Below are positions 9,706-20,066 of a stretch of DNA of 64,000 bases, piece by piece. Each line of letters opens with the position of its first letter. Positions within the stretch are counted from its first letter, which is position 1. Origin of the DNA: Leptolyngbya sp. BL-A-14 (GTDB taxonomy: Bacteria > Cyanobacteriota > Cyanobacteriia > Leptolyngbyales > Leptolyngbyaceae); NCBI GenBank assembly GCA_041937185.1, contig CP166621.1:2260571-2324570 (forward strand), given 5' to 3'. Both the position numbers and the translations under genes were made by a program. Under the pieces are notes generated by a model. That model had not been told where the DNA came from, did not search any database, and worked only from the letters and a program-made list of their open reading frames with translations.

Positions 9706-9765
9706 CGGTAGCTTTTTACAGCCATTTTCATTTGCATTCACTACACCCCACACCCTACACCCCAC
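9706..9765 (+). repeat. Dispersed element, long form (TTTTACAGCCRTTTTCATTTGCATTCACYACACC[CCACACC]CTACACCC)
   Basis: Nearly identical to the reverse complement of 32997..33057. Shorter copies of the CACACCCTACACC core occur at 1946..1972, 11855..11885 (minus strand), 39325..39345 and 56494..56512. Confidence 0.7.
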
Positions 9766-9849
9766 CCCCGTATTTGCAGGGCTGTGGTTTATCCAACCAG
9801 TAACTGCTGTAAAATCACGGTCTCTACCAGCTCCATCTGCCGCACACCT

Positions 9850-10353
9850 ATGCTTGAGCAGGAGCTTGTTATGGTTCGTATCCCGCCACCCCCGTCTATT
9901 ACGCCGCGTCAAATGAATCTGCTGCGTATTGTTGCAGCAATGGCTTGGGCTGATGGGCATCTCGCCGCTGAAGAAGTGGATGTGATGCTCGATCGCCTGA
10001 GTCGTGTTTTTGCAAGCGACACCGAGCAGCAACATGCCTTACAGCAAGAACTGCGCGATTATTTGATGCAGCGACTTCCCCTCAGCGAGTTGGTGTCAAG
10101 ACTCCAAAACGATGAAGAGCGCATACTCGTCTTGCGGCTGGGCTATGAAGTGATTCGCTGTAGTGCCCGCACCCCCTCTGAACCGACCATCAACGCTGAA
10201 GAAGCGGCTGCTTATCAAAGCCTGGTGCAGCTTTTGGGACTATCACCCGAAGTCGTCAAGCAGGTTGAGTCTGCCGTCGAGTCTGATTCAACGCCGATCG
10301 AAGATCTAGCTGCTTGGCTCACCCGCACGCTCGAAACCTTTGCACACCAGTAA
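9850..10353 (+). CDS. TerB-like (tellurite-resistance TerB / DjlA N-terminal family) protein
   Basis: The internal Met at 9850 was chosen as the start. The pattern LRIVAAMAWADGHLAAEEVDVMLDRL plus a second helical repeat is reminiscent of the TerB fold. This call rests on motif recall only. Confidence 0.45.
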   Translation: MLEQELVMVRIPPPPSITPRQMNLLRIVAAMAWADGHLAAEEVDVMLDRLSRVFASDTEQQHALQQELRDYLMQRLPLSELVSRLQNDEERILVLRLGYEVIRCSARTPSEPTINAEEAAAYQSLVQLLGLSPEVVKQVESAVESDSTPIEDLAAWLTRTLETFAHQ

Positions 10354-10514
10354 ACGTCACGCAAGGAATTAGAGTGTTCAAGCCTGTTGAACCAGGCATA
10401 GGAGTCGATGGCGGCTGTCTGGAAAGGATGCCATCACTGGAAGCCGACGATCGCGGCTATCCGCTGGGGCACAATGATGCAGTCAAAGCAGTCGCGTTAC
10501 TGGCAGATACGCTT

Positions 10515-11063
10515 ATGAAAAGACAGATGGCGGTTGGGGTGAGCCTTCTGTTGAGTAGCACCCTTTTGCCCATGCCTGCCTTTGCAGGTCGCTATGTGCT
10601 GAACCAAAGCCCCCAGACGGTACAACGCTATTTTGGTCGCCCGATCGCAACCGTCCCAGGGGAGGCCACTCGACTGTCGGAGATGACCTACCGTTACAAT
10701 CCAGCCGGTCTTAGACGGGTGCTACCAAAGTTACCCAAAGGCGCAACCTTTCAAATTGGCTTTGCTAAGCAACGGGTGCAGAGCCTCTGGCTGGATGTGA
10801 ACGCCCGCGAAAATGAATCATTCAGCTACGGTCGCACTGAGGCAAGCCAGTTTTTTACCTACATTTTTGGCTACCAACCTCCCCGCTGGCAGCCCCTTCC
10901 CTTACCCAATGGCGGCGGTGGACATGAGGGGTTCATCGAGTACGAGGCTTGTTTAGGTGATGGCGTAGCAACGTCCTATATCTCCTACCGTCTGGGTGAG
11001 GAGAATATCCGACTTTTCTATAGCCCGCTGTGTGAAACGGCTGCCTTGCAGGGGCAACGGTAG
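10515..11063 (+). CDS. Secreted hypothetical protein
   Basis: The internal start MKRQMAVGVSLLLSSTLLPMPAFAG looks like a signal peptide. The listed ORF start at 10314 overlaps the preceding gene. Confidence 0.5.
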   Translation: MKRQMAVGVSLLLSSTLLPMPAFAGRYVLNQSPQTVQRYFGRPIATVPGEATRLSEMTYRYNPAGLRRVLPKLPKGATFQIGFAKQRVQSLWLDVNARENESFSYGRTEASQFFTYIFGYQPPRWQPLPLPNGGGGHEGFIEYEACLGDGVATSYISYRLGEENIRLFYSPLCETAALQGQR

Positions 11064-11159
11064 GGGAGCGCCTTAAAAGAAAACAGGTTTCTAGAGTCAT
11101 TTGGAGGCGGAAGCAGCATATTCTGGTGAAGAAACTCGGTTTCTGCATCAAGACGATTC

Positions 11160-11828
11160 ATGGCAAAAGCACCAAAGCCCAGCGAACAACGCATTGTGCT
11201 GGAGAAGATTAGCTGGGAGCAGTTTGAAACCATCCTGGCGGAAATGGGCGCAGAACGCACAACGCGCTTTACCTTCGATCGCGGTCGCTTAGAAATGATG
11301 ACGCCGCTTGATGAGCACGATCGCTGCCATAAGCTCATCGAGTCGCTGATTCTCGTCCTCGCTGATATCATGCAGTTGCCCGTAGAAGGCTACAAAGCGC
11401 CGACCTTAAAGCGATTTGATTTAAATATCGCCATAGAACCCGACACAGGCTATTACCTTCAGCACGAGCGGGACATGCGCGGCAAGGCGGCGATCGACCT
11501 GGCAATCGACCCTCCACCAGACATTGTGCTGGATGTTGCTTTAAACAAAAGCACCCTGGATCGGCTTGCGCTCTACGCCGCGTTAGGCGTTCCCGAAGTG
11601 TGGCGCTATGTCAGTCAGCCGGGAGACGATTTTTTGAAGGGAAATTTTCAGCTTTATACCTTAGACGGCACTGGCTACGTTGACTCTACCAGTGGGTTTG
11701 CCTTTCCCTTTTTGCCCGCTGGGCGGATTCTACAATTTATTGACGAGAGCGATGCGTTAGGGTTAATGTCAGCGCTGCGATCGCTGCGCGAGTGGTTGCA
11801 AGACAGGCACAATGACAGCGGCTATTGA
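11160..11828 (+). CDS. Uma2-family (DUF820) endonuclease
   Basis: Characteristic layout: ...IDLAIDPPPDIVLDVA...STLDRLALYAALGVPEVWRY. This is a PD-(D/E)xK-like core of the kind abundant in cyanobacteria. Confidence 0.8.
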   Translation: MAKAPKPSEQRIVLEKISWEQFETILAEMGAERTTRFTFDRGRLEMMTPLDEHDRCHKLIESLILVLADIMQLPVEGYKAPTLKRFDLNIAIEPDTGYYLQHERDMRGKAAIDLAIDPPPDIVLDVALNKSTLDRLALYAALGVPEVWRYVSQPGDDFLKGNFQLYTLDGTGYVDSTSGFAFPFLPAGRILQFIDESDALGLMSALRSLREWLQDRHNDSGY

Positions 11829-11854
11829 TTGGGTAAGCCGCAGATTTTCAAGAT

Positions 11855-11885
11855 GGGTATAGGGTGTAGGGTGTGGGGTGTGGTA
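11855..11885 (-). repeat. CACACCCTACACC-core dispersed motif copy
   Basis: gggtatagggtgtagggtgtggggtgtgg on the plus strand. Confidence 0.6.
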
Positions 11886-12029
11886 AGTGCCAAGGAAACT
11901 GACTGTAGAGTAGCGATCGCTTAACTACAGCCCTTTTATCAGTGCACCCGACATCCGATACCCCATCTCCGACACCCGCTTTTATTACGCTGTAGCGTCC
12001 CGATCAATAAACTGCTGTAAGGTAAATCT

Positions 12030-12419
12030 ATGAATTCGGCAACCAAGTTTTTAAGCGCAATCCCCGTTCTGCCTGCCGCTGATATTGCCGCTACCGTAGA
12101 ATTTTACAAACAGAAGCTCGGCTTCAATGCGGAGTTTCAGTCTGATGATTACGCTGGGTTGTATCGTGGGGGGGTGCAGATTCATCTCTGGCTCACAAGC
12201 GATCGCCAGTTAGCAGACAACACAAGCTGTCGCGTCAACGTTAGCGGTATCGATGCTCTCTACGGCGAATATCAGGCGCAGAACGTGATTCATCCCAACG
12301 GCGCACTGACAACGAAACTCTGGGGTTTGCGTGAGTTTGCCGTCTTAGATCTCAACGGAAACTGTTTGACCTTTGCCGAAACCCCTTCAACCAGCGGTCG
12401 GCGCGATCGAACCGATTAA
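12030..12419 (+). CDS. VOC-family protein (glyoxalase / bleomycin-resistance fold)
   Basis: 129 aa; IPVLPAADIAATVEFYKQKLGF...GVQIHLW... is typical of the bleomycin-resistance/VOC fold. Confidence 0.65.
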   Translation: MNSATKFLSAIPVLPAADIAATVEFYKQKLGFNAEFQSDDYAGLYRGGVQIHLWLTSDRQLADNTSCRVNVSGIDALYGEYQAQNVIHPNGALTTKLWGLREFAVLDLNGNCLTFAETPSTSGRRDRTD

Positions 12420-12491
12420 TCCTACCCACAATAACTTTAGAAAACGTCAAAAATCGATACAATAAACCCTGTTCCCTCGGCTAATTGCTGT

Positions 12492-14894
12492 ATGTCTGCT
12501 CCGATCGCTGCCCCATTCTCTCCAGAAGAAATTGCCTCGGAAGGCATTAAGCCAGAGGAATACGAAGAAATCGTGCGTCGTCTGGGTCGCCATCCCAACA
12601 AAGCTGAATTAGGCATGTTTGGGGTGATGTGGTCAGAGCACTGCTGCTACAAAAATTCGCGTCCGTTGCTCAAGCAGTTTCCCACCGAGGGCGATCGTAT
12701 TCTTGTTGGCCCCGGTGAGAATGCTGGGGTTGTGGATCTGGGCAATGGGCTCCATCTGGCCTTCAAAATCGAATCGCATAACCATCCTTCAGCCGTTGAA
12801 CCCTTCCAGGGTGCGGCTACGGGCGTCGGTGGCATTCTGCGCGACATTTTTACGATGGGAGCCCGTCCGATCGCCCTGCTTAACTCCCTCCGCTTCGGTT
12901 CGCTAGAAGATGCCCGTACGCGTCGCCTCTTCAATGGCGTGGTGTCTGGGATTGCGCACTACGGTAATTGTGTTGGCGTTCCGACTGTTGGCGGCGAAAT
13001 CTACTTCGATCGCGCCTACTCCGACAATCCGTTAGTGAATGTGATGGCATTGGGCTTGATGGAAACGCCCGAAATCGTCGTATCGGGTGCGAAAGGCATT
13101 GGGAATCCCGTGCTTTACGTCGGTTCTACAACGGGACGCGATGGGATGGGTGGTGCCAGCTTTGCCAGTGCCGAATTGAGCGACGAATCGATGGACGATC
13201 GTCCCGCTGTACAGGTTGGCGATCCCTTCCTCGAAAAATCCCTTATCGAAGCGTGCCTGGAAGCCTTCAAAACTGGAGCGGTGGTTGCGGCTCAAGATAT
13301 GGGCGCGGCGGGCATTACCTGTTCCACCTCCGAAATGGCTGCAAAGGGTGGTGTGGGCATTGAATTTGATCTGGATTTGATTCCGGTACGCGAAACAGGC
13401 ATGGTGCCTTATGAGTACCTGCTTTCAGAATCGCAAGAGCGGATGCTGTTTGTCGCACACAAGGGGCGTGAACAGGAACTGATTGACATCTTCGAGCGGT
13501 GGGGATTGCATGCAGTCGTCGCAGGCACCGTCATTGAGGAGCCGATCGTGCGCATTCTCTTTAAGGGCGACATTGCCGCCGAAGTGCCCGCAACAGCCCT
13601 ATCTGACAACACGCCAATCTATCATCGTGAGCTCTTAGCAGAACCACCTGCCTATGCGCGAGAAGCTTGGGCATGGACTCCCGATCGCCTCCCTTCCTGC
13701 ACGGTTGAAGGCATTGAGATTCAAGGGACGCATCACACCTGGAATGATATCCTGCTGAAACTATTAGCAAGCCCGACGATCGCCTCTAAGCGCTGGGTGT
13801 ATCGCCAATACGACCATCAGGTACAAAACAATACCGTGATGCTGCCCGGTGGCGCGGATGCTGCGATCGTCCGTGTGCGTCCTGTAGGGGTGCAAGGGGA
13901 ACCGCAGAGACGCGGAGACGCGGAGATGCCTTCATCTTTTCAAACAGGGGTCGCGGCTACGGTTGATTGCAATCCCCGTTATGTTTATCTACATCCGTAT
14001 GAAGGGGCAAAGGCGGCGGTGGCAGAGGCGGCGCGTAACTTAAGCTGTGTGGGGGCTGAACCGCTGGCTGTAACGGATAATTTGAATTTTGGCAGTCCCG
14101 AAAAGCCGATCGGCTACTGGCAGCTTGCCGAAGCGTGTCGCGGTATTGCCGAAGCCTGTAAGGAATTCAACACGCCCGTTACAGGTGGCAACGTCTCGCT
14201 CTATAACGAAACGCTGGATGTGAATGGCAAACCCCAACCTATCTATCCCACGCCTGTCGTCGGCATGGTTGGCTTGATTCCCGACCTGACCAAAATCGCC
14301 GGTCAAGGCTGGCAGTCCGAAGGTGATTTGATCTATCTGCTTGGAGTGCCTGTAGAAAGCCTTAACCTCAGTGCCTCCCCACTCCCCACTCCCCACTCCC
14401 CACTCCCCACTCTCGGCGGCTCCGAATACCTGGCAGTCATCCACAACACGATCGCCGGTATCCCTCCCATTATCGATTTCGATCGGGAACGACGCGTCCA
14501 GTCTGTCTGCCGTGAGGGCATTCGGCGAGGGTGGCTTCGGTCGGCGCACGACTGTGCAGAGGGTGGTTTAGCAGTAGCGTTAGCAGAATCGTGCTTGAGC
14601 GGGCAACATGGGGCAGCGATCGCCCTACCCGCTTCAACCACACGCCTGGATCATCTCTTGTTTGCGGAAGGTGGCGCACGAATTATTGTCTCGATCGCAG
14701 CAGCCAATCAAGCGATTTGGGAATCTTACTTACAACAGCACCTTGCTAACAATTGGCAAGCCATTGGAATCGTCACGCAGAAACACACGGCACTGTCGAT
14801 CGCGCTTGCAGGGGGGCAACCTGTCATTAACGTCGACTGGGCAACATTGGGCGATCGCTGGCACAACGCCATTGAACGCCTCCTCACCCAGTAG
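12492..14894 (+). CDS. purL: Phosphoribosylformylglycinamidine synthase subunit PurL
   Basis: 800 aa with the full-length PurL pattern ([46 protein letters not shown]-terminal AIR-synthase-like domains). It contains two short in-frame heptamer-repeat inserts. Confidence 0.95.
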   Translation: MSAPIAAPFSPEEIASEGIKPEEYEEIVRRLGRHPNKAELGMFGVMWSEHCCYKNSRPLLKQFPTEGDRILVGPGENAGVVDLGNGLHLAFKIESHNHPSAVEPFQGAATGVGGILRDIFTMGARPIALLNSLRFGSLEDARTRRLFNGVVSGIAHYGNCVGVPTVGGEIYFDRAYSDNPLVNVMALGLMETPEIVVSGAKGIGNPVLYVGSTTGRDGMGGASFASAELSDESMDDRPAVQVGDPFLEKSLIEACLEAFKTGAVVAAQDMGAAGITCSTSEMAAKGGVGIEFDLDLIPVRETGMVPYEYLLSESQERMLFVAHKGREQELIDIFERWGLHAVVAGTVIEEPIVRILFKGDIAAEVPATALSDNTPIYHRELLAEPPAYAREAWAWTPDRLPSCTVEGIEIQGTHHTWNDILLKLLASPTIASKRWVYRQYDHQVQNNTVMLPGGADAAIVRVRPVGVQGEPQRRGDAEMPSSFQTGVAATVDCNPRYVYLHPYEGAKAAVAEAARNLSCVGAEPLAVTDNLNFGSPEKPIGYWQLAEACRGIAEACKEFNTPVTGGNVSLYNETLDVNGKPQPIYPTPVVGMVGLIPDLTKIAGQGWQSEGDLIYLLGVPVESLNLSASPLPTPHSPLPTLGGSEYLAVIHNTIAGIPPIIDFDRERRVQSVCREGIRRGWLRSAHDCAEGGLAVALAESCLSGQHGAAIALPASTTRLDHLLFAEGGARIIVSIAAANQAIWESYLQQHLANNWQAIGIVTQKHTALSIALAGGQPVINVDWATLGDRWHNAIERLLTQ
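13893..13930 (+). repeat. Heptamer repeat (GAGACGC units) in-frame inside purL
   Basis: cagagacgcggagacgcggagatgc encodes [11 protein letters not shown] within purL. Confidence 0.7.
14375..14412 (+). repeat. CCCCACT x4 heptamer array in-frame inside purL
   Basis: ccccactccccactccccactccccactc encodes [12 protein letters not shown] immediately before the conserved LGGSEYL segment of PurL. Confidence 0.8.
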
Positions 14895-15220
14895 CAAGCC
14901 ATTAACACCGTGTCGTTCAGGCAAACCCATTAGAAAACATCATTAGAGCTAAAGGAAAAACTGTTTACCCAAGCGGGTGGACGCAAACACAGCAAGTTTT
15001 GGGGTTGTTACGATGTAATCGTCAGTTAATGAGAAGATTAAAGAAATATTAAGCGATCGCGGCTAGCCTTAATCCCCAAAGTCGACCTTGAGCTTTAGAT
15101 GGTCTCGCTCTCAACACCAAAGTGCAGTCCTTTACAACTCACCCACCGACGCCCATCCCAAGACCCATTGCATGCGCGCTTAGTCCCAATTTTATCCACA
15201 ACCAGGAGATGCACTGTAGC

Positions 15221-16750
15221 ATGACCCCAACCTCATCCACGCCTGTTGACCAGTCTCTTGCTCAGTCTACGCTCCCTGAACTGGAGCCATGCGCCGCCGA
15301 CAAGCCCGAAGAAGCCTGTGGCGTTTTTGGTGTTTACGCGCCCGGTCAGGACGTTGCAAAGCTCGCCTACTTTGGGCTCTTTGCGTTGCAGCATCGTGGT
15401 CAAGAGTCGGCAGGGATTGCCACTTTCGATGGCGATCACATCCATCTACACAAAGAGATGGGGTTGGTATCCCAGGTCTTCAACGAGACTATTTTAAGCA
15501 AAATGCCGGGAACAATGGCGATTGGGCATACCCGCTACTCCACGACAGGCTCCAGTCGCGTCGTGAACGCTCAGCCCGCAGTCGTGAACACTCGGCTTGG
15601 GTCTCTGGCACTCGCGCATAACGGCAACCTCGTCAATGCACCTGATCTACGCGACGATCTCCTGCAAAGCAACTTTACCCTCCTCACCACCACTGATTCG
15701 GAAATGATTGCCCTCGCGATCGCCGAGGAAGTCAATAAAGGCAAAGGGTGGATAGAAGGGGCTATCAGTGCGTTTCACCGTTGCCAGGGCGCATTTAGCC
15801 TCACGATCGGCACCCCAACCGGCATGATGGGTGTTCGTGACTCTAACGGCATTCGTCCCCTCGTTATTGGCACCCTCCCCCCAACAGCACCGGACGAGCC
15901 ACTCCGCTACGTTTTGGCGTCTGAAACTTGCGGCTTAGATATCATTGGTGCGGACTATGTGCGCGATGTGGAACCTGGCGAACTGGTTTGGATTACTGAA
16001 GAGGGCTTGACATCCATTCATTGGACAAAAGAGGCGGCACCTAAACTCTGTATCTTCGAAATGATTTACTTTGCCCGTCCCGATAGCGTCATGCAGACAG
16101 ACAGCCTCTACAGTTACCGCATGCGCATTGGCCGCCGTTTGGCGATCGAGTCTCCTACAGACGCCGATATTGTCATTGCCGTACCCGATTCTGGTATTCC
16201 GGCGGCGATCGGCTACTCCCAGTCCTCTGGCATTCCCTATGCTGAAGGGCTGATCAAAAACCGCTATGTCGGTCGTACCTTCATCCAGCCAACTCAGGTC
16301 ATGCGCGAATCGGGCATCAAAATGAAGCTCAATCCGCTCAAGGATGTGTTAGCTGGCAAGCGCGTCATTCTGGTCGATGACTCGATCGTTCGAGGCACCA
16401 CCAGCCGCAAAATCGTGAAAGCGCTACGCGATGCTGGAGCCATTGAAGTTCATATGCGCATCTCTTCACCGCCCGTTACGCATCCCTGCTTCTACGGCAT
16501 CGATACCGACAGCCAGGATCAACTCATAGCCGCAACCAAATCTGTCGCTGAAATTGCCGCGCAAATTGGCGTCGATTCGCTCAGCTACCTCACCTGGGAA
16601 GGGATGTTAGAAGAAACGCGCCACGATCCTAACAACTTTTGCTCTGCTTGCTTCACAGGCAAATATCCCGTACCTGTGCCTGAACCCGTGAAACGTTCCA
16701 AGCTCAAACTAGAGACGATCGCGCCGTTAGAACCCGTCACGACCGCTTAG
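15221..16750 (+). CDS. purF: Amidophosphoribosyltransferase PurF (start uncertain; the ORF opens at 15122)
   Basis: Contains the propeptide-Cys motif ACGVFGVYAP and the PRPP-binding region VILVDDSIVRGTTS. It lies adjacent to and co-directional with purL. Confidence 0.93.
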   Translation: MTPTSSTPVDQSLAQSTLPELEPCAADKPEEACGVFGVYAPGQDVAKLAYFGLFALQHRGQESAGIATFDGDHIHLHKEMGLVSQVFNETILSKMPGTMAIGHTRYSTTGSSRVVNAQPAVVNTRLGSLALAHNGNLVNAPDLRDDLLQSNFTLLTTTDSEMIALAIAEEVNKGKGWIEGAISAFHRCQGAFSLTIGTPTGMMGVRDSNGIRPLVIGTLPPTAPDEPLRYVLASETCGLDIIGADYVRDVEPGELVWITEEGLTSIHWTKEAAPKLCIFEMIYFARPDSVMQTDSLYSYRMRIGRRLAIESPTDADIVIAVPDSGIPAAIGYSQSSGIPYAEGLIKNRYVGRTFIQPTQVMRESGIKMKLNPLKDVLAGKRVILVDDSIVRGTTSRKIVKALRDAGAIEVHMRISSPPVTHPCFYGIDTDSQDQLIAATKSVAEIAAQIGVDSLSYLTWEGMLEETRHDPNNFCSACFTGKYPVPVPEPVKRSKLKLETIAPLEPVTTA

Positions 16751-16785
16751 CCCACTGGCAGGTGAGGGAAGGGATAAGGGATGGA

Positions 16786-16930
16786 AGTTTTGAGTTTTGA
16801 GTTGAGCAATCAGCGATCAGCAGTCAGCCTTTTAGCCTTTAGCCTTCTCCTGCCCACTCCCCACTCCCGACTCCCCACTCCCTCATTTCAAAGCCTTTTA
16901 GCCTTTAGCCTTTTCCTGCCTCCTGCCCTC
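16786..16930. repeat. Mixed STRR heptamer arrays (GAGTTTT, TAGCCTT, CCCCACT), intergenic
   Basis: gttttgagttttgag...agccttttagcctttagcctt...cccactccccactcccgactccccactccc... Confidence 0.8.
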
Positions 16931-16935
16931 TACCT

Positions 16936-18435
16936 CTAAGTCATCTGATGATTAAAATACTCAGATGTCATTAGCCCCGATCGACTGGAGCGGCGGGTGT
17001 AGTTCTTCAGCATATAGTTCAGGTCATCTGGTAAGAGAGACGCCGTGAGCGCATCGTGAGGCGTGATGACACCACCCTCATAGAGGTCAAAGAGCGCCTG
17101 GTTAAGGGTCTGGCTTCCGTCTTTGCCTTCTTCCATGAGTTGATAGATTTCTTCGATCGCGCCCTTTTGGAGATAATCTCGAATGGTGTCTGTGTTGAGC
17201 ATGATTTCTAACGCCGCCGTACGCCCGCCATGCACGGTTGGCACTAGAGCCTGAGCAATCACAGCCCGGAGGGCATCGACAATTTGAATCCGCACGGTTT
17301 CTTGCTCTTCGGGCGTGTAGAAGTTGAGCAGCCGCTTAAAGGCATTCACCGCACCTTTTGTATGCAGGGTGCCCAAAACCAAGTGCCCCGTGAGGGAAGC
17401 GCGAATCGCAGTATCAACCGTTTCCCGATCGCGCATTTCACCAATTAAAATAATGTCTGGGTCTTGCCGGAGGGCAGCGCGTAGAGCGTCCTTAAATTCC
17501 TGCGTGTGAAGGCCCACTTCTCGCTGAGTCACAAGCGATTGGTTAGAGGTGTGCACGTACTCAATGGGGTCTTCAATCGTGACAATTTTGCGCGGTAAGC
17601 TTTCATTCACATGCCGCAGCATGGCAGCCAACGAGGTCGATTTCCCAGAGTTGACCGAGCCTGTCACCAGGATGAGCCCCTGCCGCTCCTCTGCCAGCAC
17701 ACCCAAAATATCTGGTAGCCCTAATTTCTTCAGCGTGGGCACGTCCAGCGAAATCAATCGCAGCACCATGGCTCCACCCATGATCGACTGCGAACAGTTG
17801 ACCCGGCATCGCACCATGCCTTCGTAGAGAATAGCTGTGTCCAGTTCTTGCCGCGTCCGAAACTGCTCTTGTTGCGCTGGTGATAGTACTTCTTGAAGAA
17901 ACTCTTCAAACTGGCGCGCTGTCACTTTGCCGTAGGTCTCTTGCTTGACCATCTTGCCTTGAATCCGAAAACGCACCGGTTCACCCACCTGAAGATGGAT
18001 ATCAGACGCACGTTGCTTGCATGCATCCTCAACCATGACCTGTACGGTGCCTTGCCGCTGGACATCGCGACCGGGTCCATCCAACGCGATCGCGTTGAGG
18101 CTCATTGCCTCCGTTCCTTGTGCTGTTGGTCCACAGTTGATGCGCCCCTGCATGAATCCGGGAATCCGCACATCCACGTCCAGTTTGCGTGTCTCCAGAT
18201 AATACTTAAGTTGCTGAGGCGTTAGTACTTCCTGAAGGTAATGCCGAAACTGCTCTGGTGTAAGTGGCGCAAGATGATCCTGCGGCAGCAGCTTACCACT
18301 CATACGATAAAACGGTGGACGCCCTGGCTGAAGATATAAGGCTGTTGCTCCACGATCGTAAGCGTCTTGAACGACAAACCGGATGGATGTACTGGCATCA
18401 GGTTTTGATCCGGTAGAAGCATTAGTAGCAGTCAT
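16936..18435 (-). CDS. PilT-family type IV pilus retraction ATPase (longer than canonical PilT; duplicated N-terminal domain)
   Basis: Walker A GSVNSGKSTS; His-box TGHLVLGTLHT; Asp-box region. At 499 aa it is longer than the ~370-aa canonical PilT. Two N-terminal PilT-N-like segments are present (DAYDRGATALYLQPGRPPFYR and DACKQRASDIHLQVGEPVRFR). Confidence 0.7.
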   Translation of the reverse strand: MTATNASTGSKPDASTSIRFVVQDAYDRGATALYLQPGRPPFYRMSGKLLPQDHLAPLTPEQFRHYLQEVLTPQQLKYYLETRKLDVDVRIPGFMQGRINCGPTAQGTEAMSLNAIALDGPGRDVQRQGTVQVMVEDACKQRASDIHLQVGEPVRFRIQGKMVKQETYGKVTARQFEEFLQEVLSPAQQEQFRTRQELDTAILYEGMVRCRVNCSQSIMGGAMVLRLISLDVPTLKKLGLPDILGVLAEERQGLILVTGSVNSGKSTSLAAMLRHVNESLPRKIVTIEDPIEYVHTSNQSLVTQREVGLHTQEFKDALRAALRQDPDIILIGEMRDRETVDTAIRASLTGHLVLGTLHTKGAVNAFKRLLNFYTPEEQETVRIQIVDALRAVIAQALVPTVHGGRTAALEIMLNTDTIRDYLQKGAIEEIYQLMEEGKDGSQTLNQALFDLYEGGVITPHDALTASLLPDDLNYMLKNYTRRSSRSGLMTSEYFNHQMT

Positions 18436-18982
18436 AACAAGTGGCTTCCAAAGCGAGGAGAAAGTGAGCGTGAGTTTCAGGGACGGGGCGTATCAGAATG
18501 GTGCGATCAGGAGAACAGTTGAGCAGTGGAAGAGGCAAACGCTGAATCAGGCCTTTGCTTAGTAGGCACTTATTAGCAGGCGCTTGCTAGCACTTCCCTG
18601 CACAACAGTACCGTTAAGCTGCTCAACAATGCCAGCGCTGAGCAAAATTGAGTCGCCGATGCTAAGGGGGCTGGGCCACGACTAAGCCAGGGTGCCCGTC
18701 TTTATGACCGCACGTAGCGACTTAAACGCAGTCATGGACAAAACTATTTAACCGACTCATCAGCGTTTCTGCAACCGAAAAAGGCGATGAACTAAGAACA
18801 TCATCTTGCAGAGGTGTGTCTTCCGAAGACACATGGGGACTTATGGAACGAGTAGTTGCAAGCCAGGAGATCTGCTCCTGCAATCTAATCTACCCTGCTC
18901 AGGTAGAGCACTATCACATAAGCTTTAGTGAAGTTTGATGAAATCTTTATCAAGTGTCATCGATTACAATTGCTTATCTCAA

Positions 18983-19792
18983 TCACTTTACGTTGCGATC
19001 CGGCAAAAGACCGGACTTCTTTGGCGTTTCTAAATGTTCATGGATGATGACTAACGCCTCGGCAAGCTTGCCAAGATGGGCATCCAACTGTTGCTTGCGG
19101 GCTAGTAAATGCTTCAGACGTTCGTGGCGATCGATCGCCAACTTCACCGCTGCAACCTGTTCTGCTGGACAGTGACGAAACCAGAGCTGCCCGTCGTCGC
19201 CCACGCCACAGAGCCGAAAACTGCCGACCGCTGAGTCAGGCGCAACCATTGGGTGAGAGAGGTTAGAGGCAGGTTGAATTGTTTGGGCGGCATCTTTGGG
19301 GGAATCGTAGGCTTCTAACCAGCCAGCCACAATGGGTCCTTCAGTATAGATTGCTTCCATCTGCTGTAAAAGCTGCTGTAGCTCGTCCTGCCAACCAGTT
19401 GCAACTTGCTCGATCGCTTTCAGTTGTTCTAGAGCACTGCCTGAAGTTGAGACCAGTGGTTCGCTCGTTACGGTAGAAGCGATGAACCCCGGCAAACTGG
19501 GTGCTTTTGCCGTACCTACGCTGGGCGATCGAGGGGGGTTCACGGTTGCCGCTATGCTCGGTGAGGTTGCTGCCACCGCTGCGGCAATGAGTGGTGGCAG
19601 CACTGACTGATGATCATTGAAGGGCGTCTCAGCCTGCCTGTGGGTCTCAATAGAAGGTTCACGGATGATGGGAAAGGACTGTATGGCTTGAGGGAGCACG
19701 GTAGCGGTGGAGCTAGATTCGACGGATTCTGGCTGTTGTTGAATTGCCAATTGAGCCAGCATTGACTCAATTCGTCTCAAATCTTTTCTCAT
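18983..19792 (-). CDS. Hypothetical protein (Pro/Ser/Ala-rich centre, C-terminal coiled coil)
   Basis: 269-aa ORF with no recognised domain. Confidence 0.4.
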   Translation of the reverse strand: MRKDLRRIESMLAQLAIQQQPESVESSSTATVLPQAIQSFPIIREPSIETHRQAETPFNDHQSVLPPLIAAAVAATSPSIAATVNPPRSPSVGTAKAPSLPGFIASTVTSEPLVSTSGSALEQLKAIEQVATGWQDELQQLLQQMEAIYTEGPIVAGWLEAYDSPKDAAQTIQPASNLSHPMVAPDSAVGSFRLCGVGDDGQLWFRHCPAEQVAAVKLAIDRHERLKHLLARKQQLDAHLGKLAEALVIIHEHLETPKKSGLLPDRNVK

Positions 19793-20066
19793 AATGGTTC
19801 TACACGGTTCACGACAGTTGAGTTTGCTGTGCGATCAGTCTCAGCCATGAAGAGCCGCGACCCCTTTGGGGCAGAGAGGTTTGCATCTGCTGCAGATGCT
19901 TGCGACAGCCATCTGAGGGCTACAGATTACTCTGCAAAGCATCAGAAGGTGACATATAGATGCATTGATACGCACGAATTGGATGATTATGCTCCAGGTT
20001 TTGCTAACGAGCACAAAAGGTTTGACTCAACTTTAGATGACTTGGGTCAAATCGTCTCTTGAAGAG

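Noticed and set aside
14040-14549. A 169-aa minus-strand ORF inside purL
   Set aside because: It is antisense to purL and includes a translation of the CCCCACT array.
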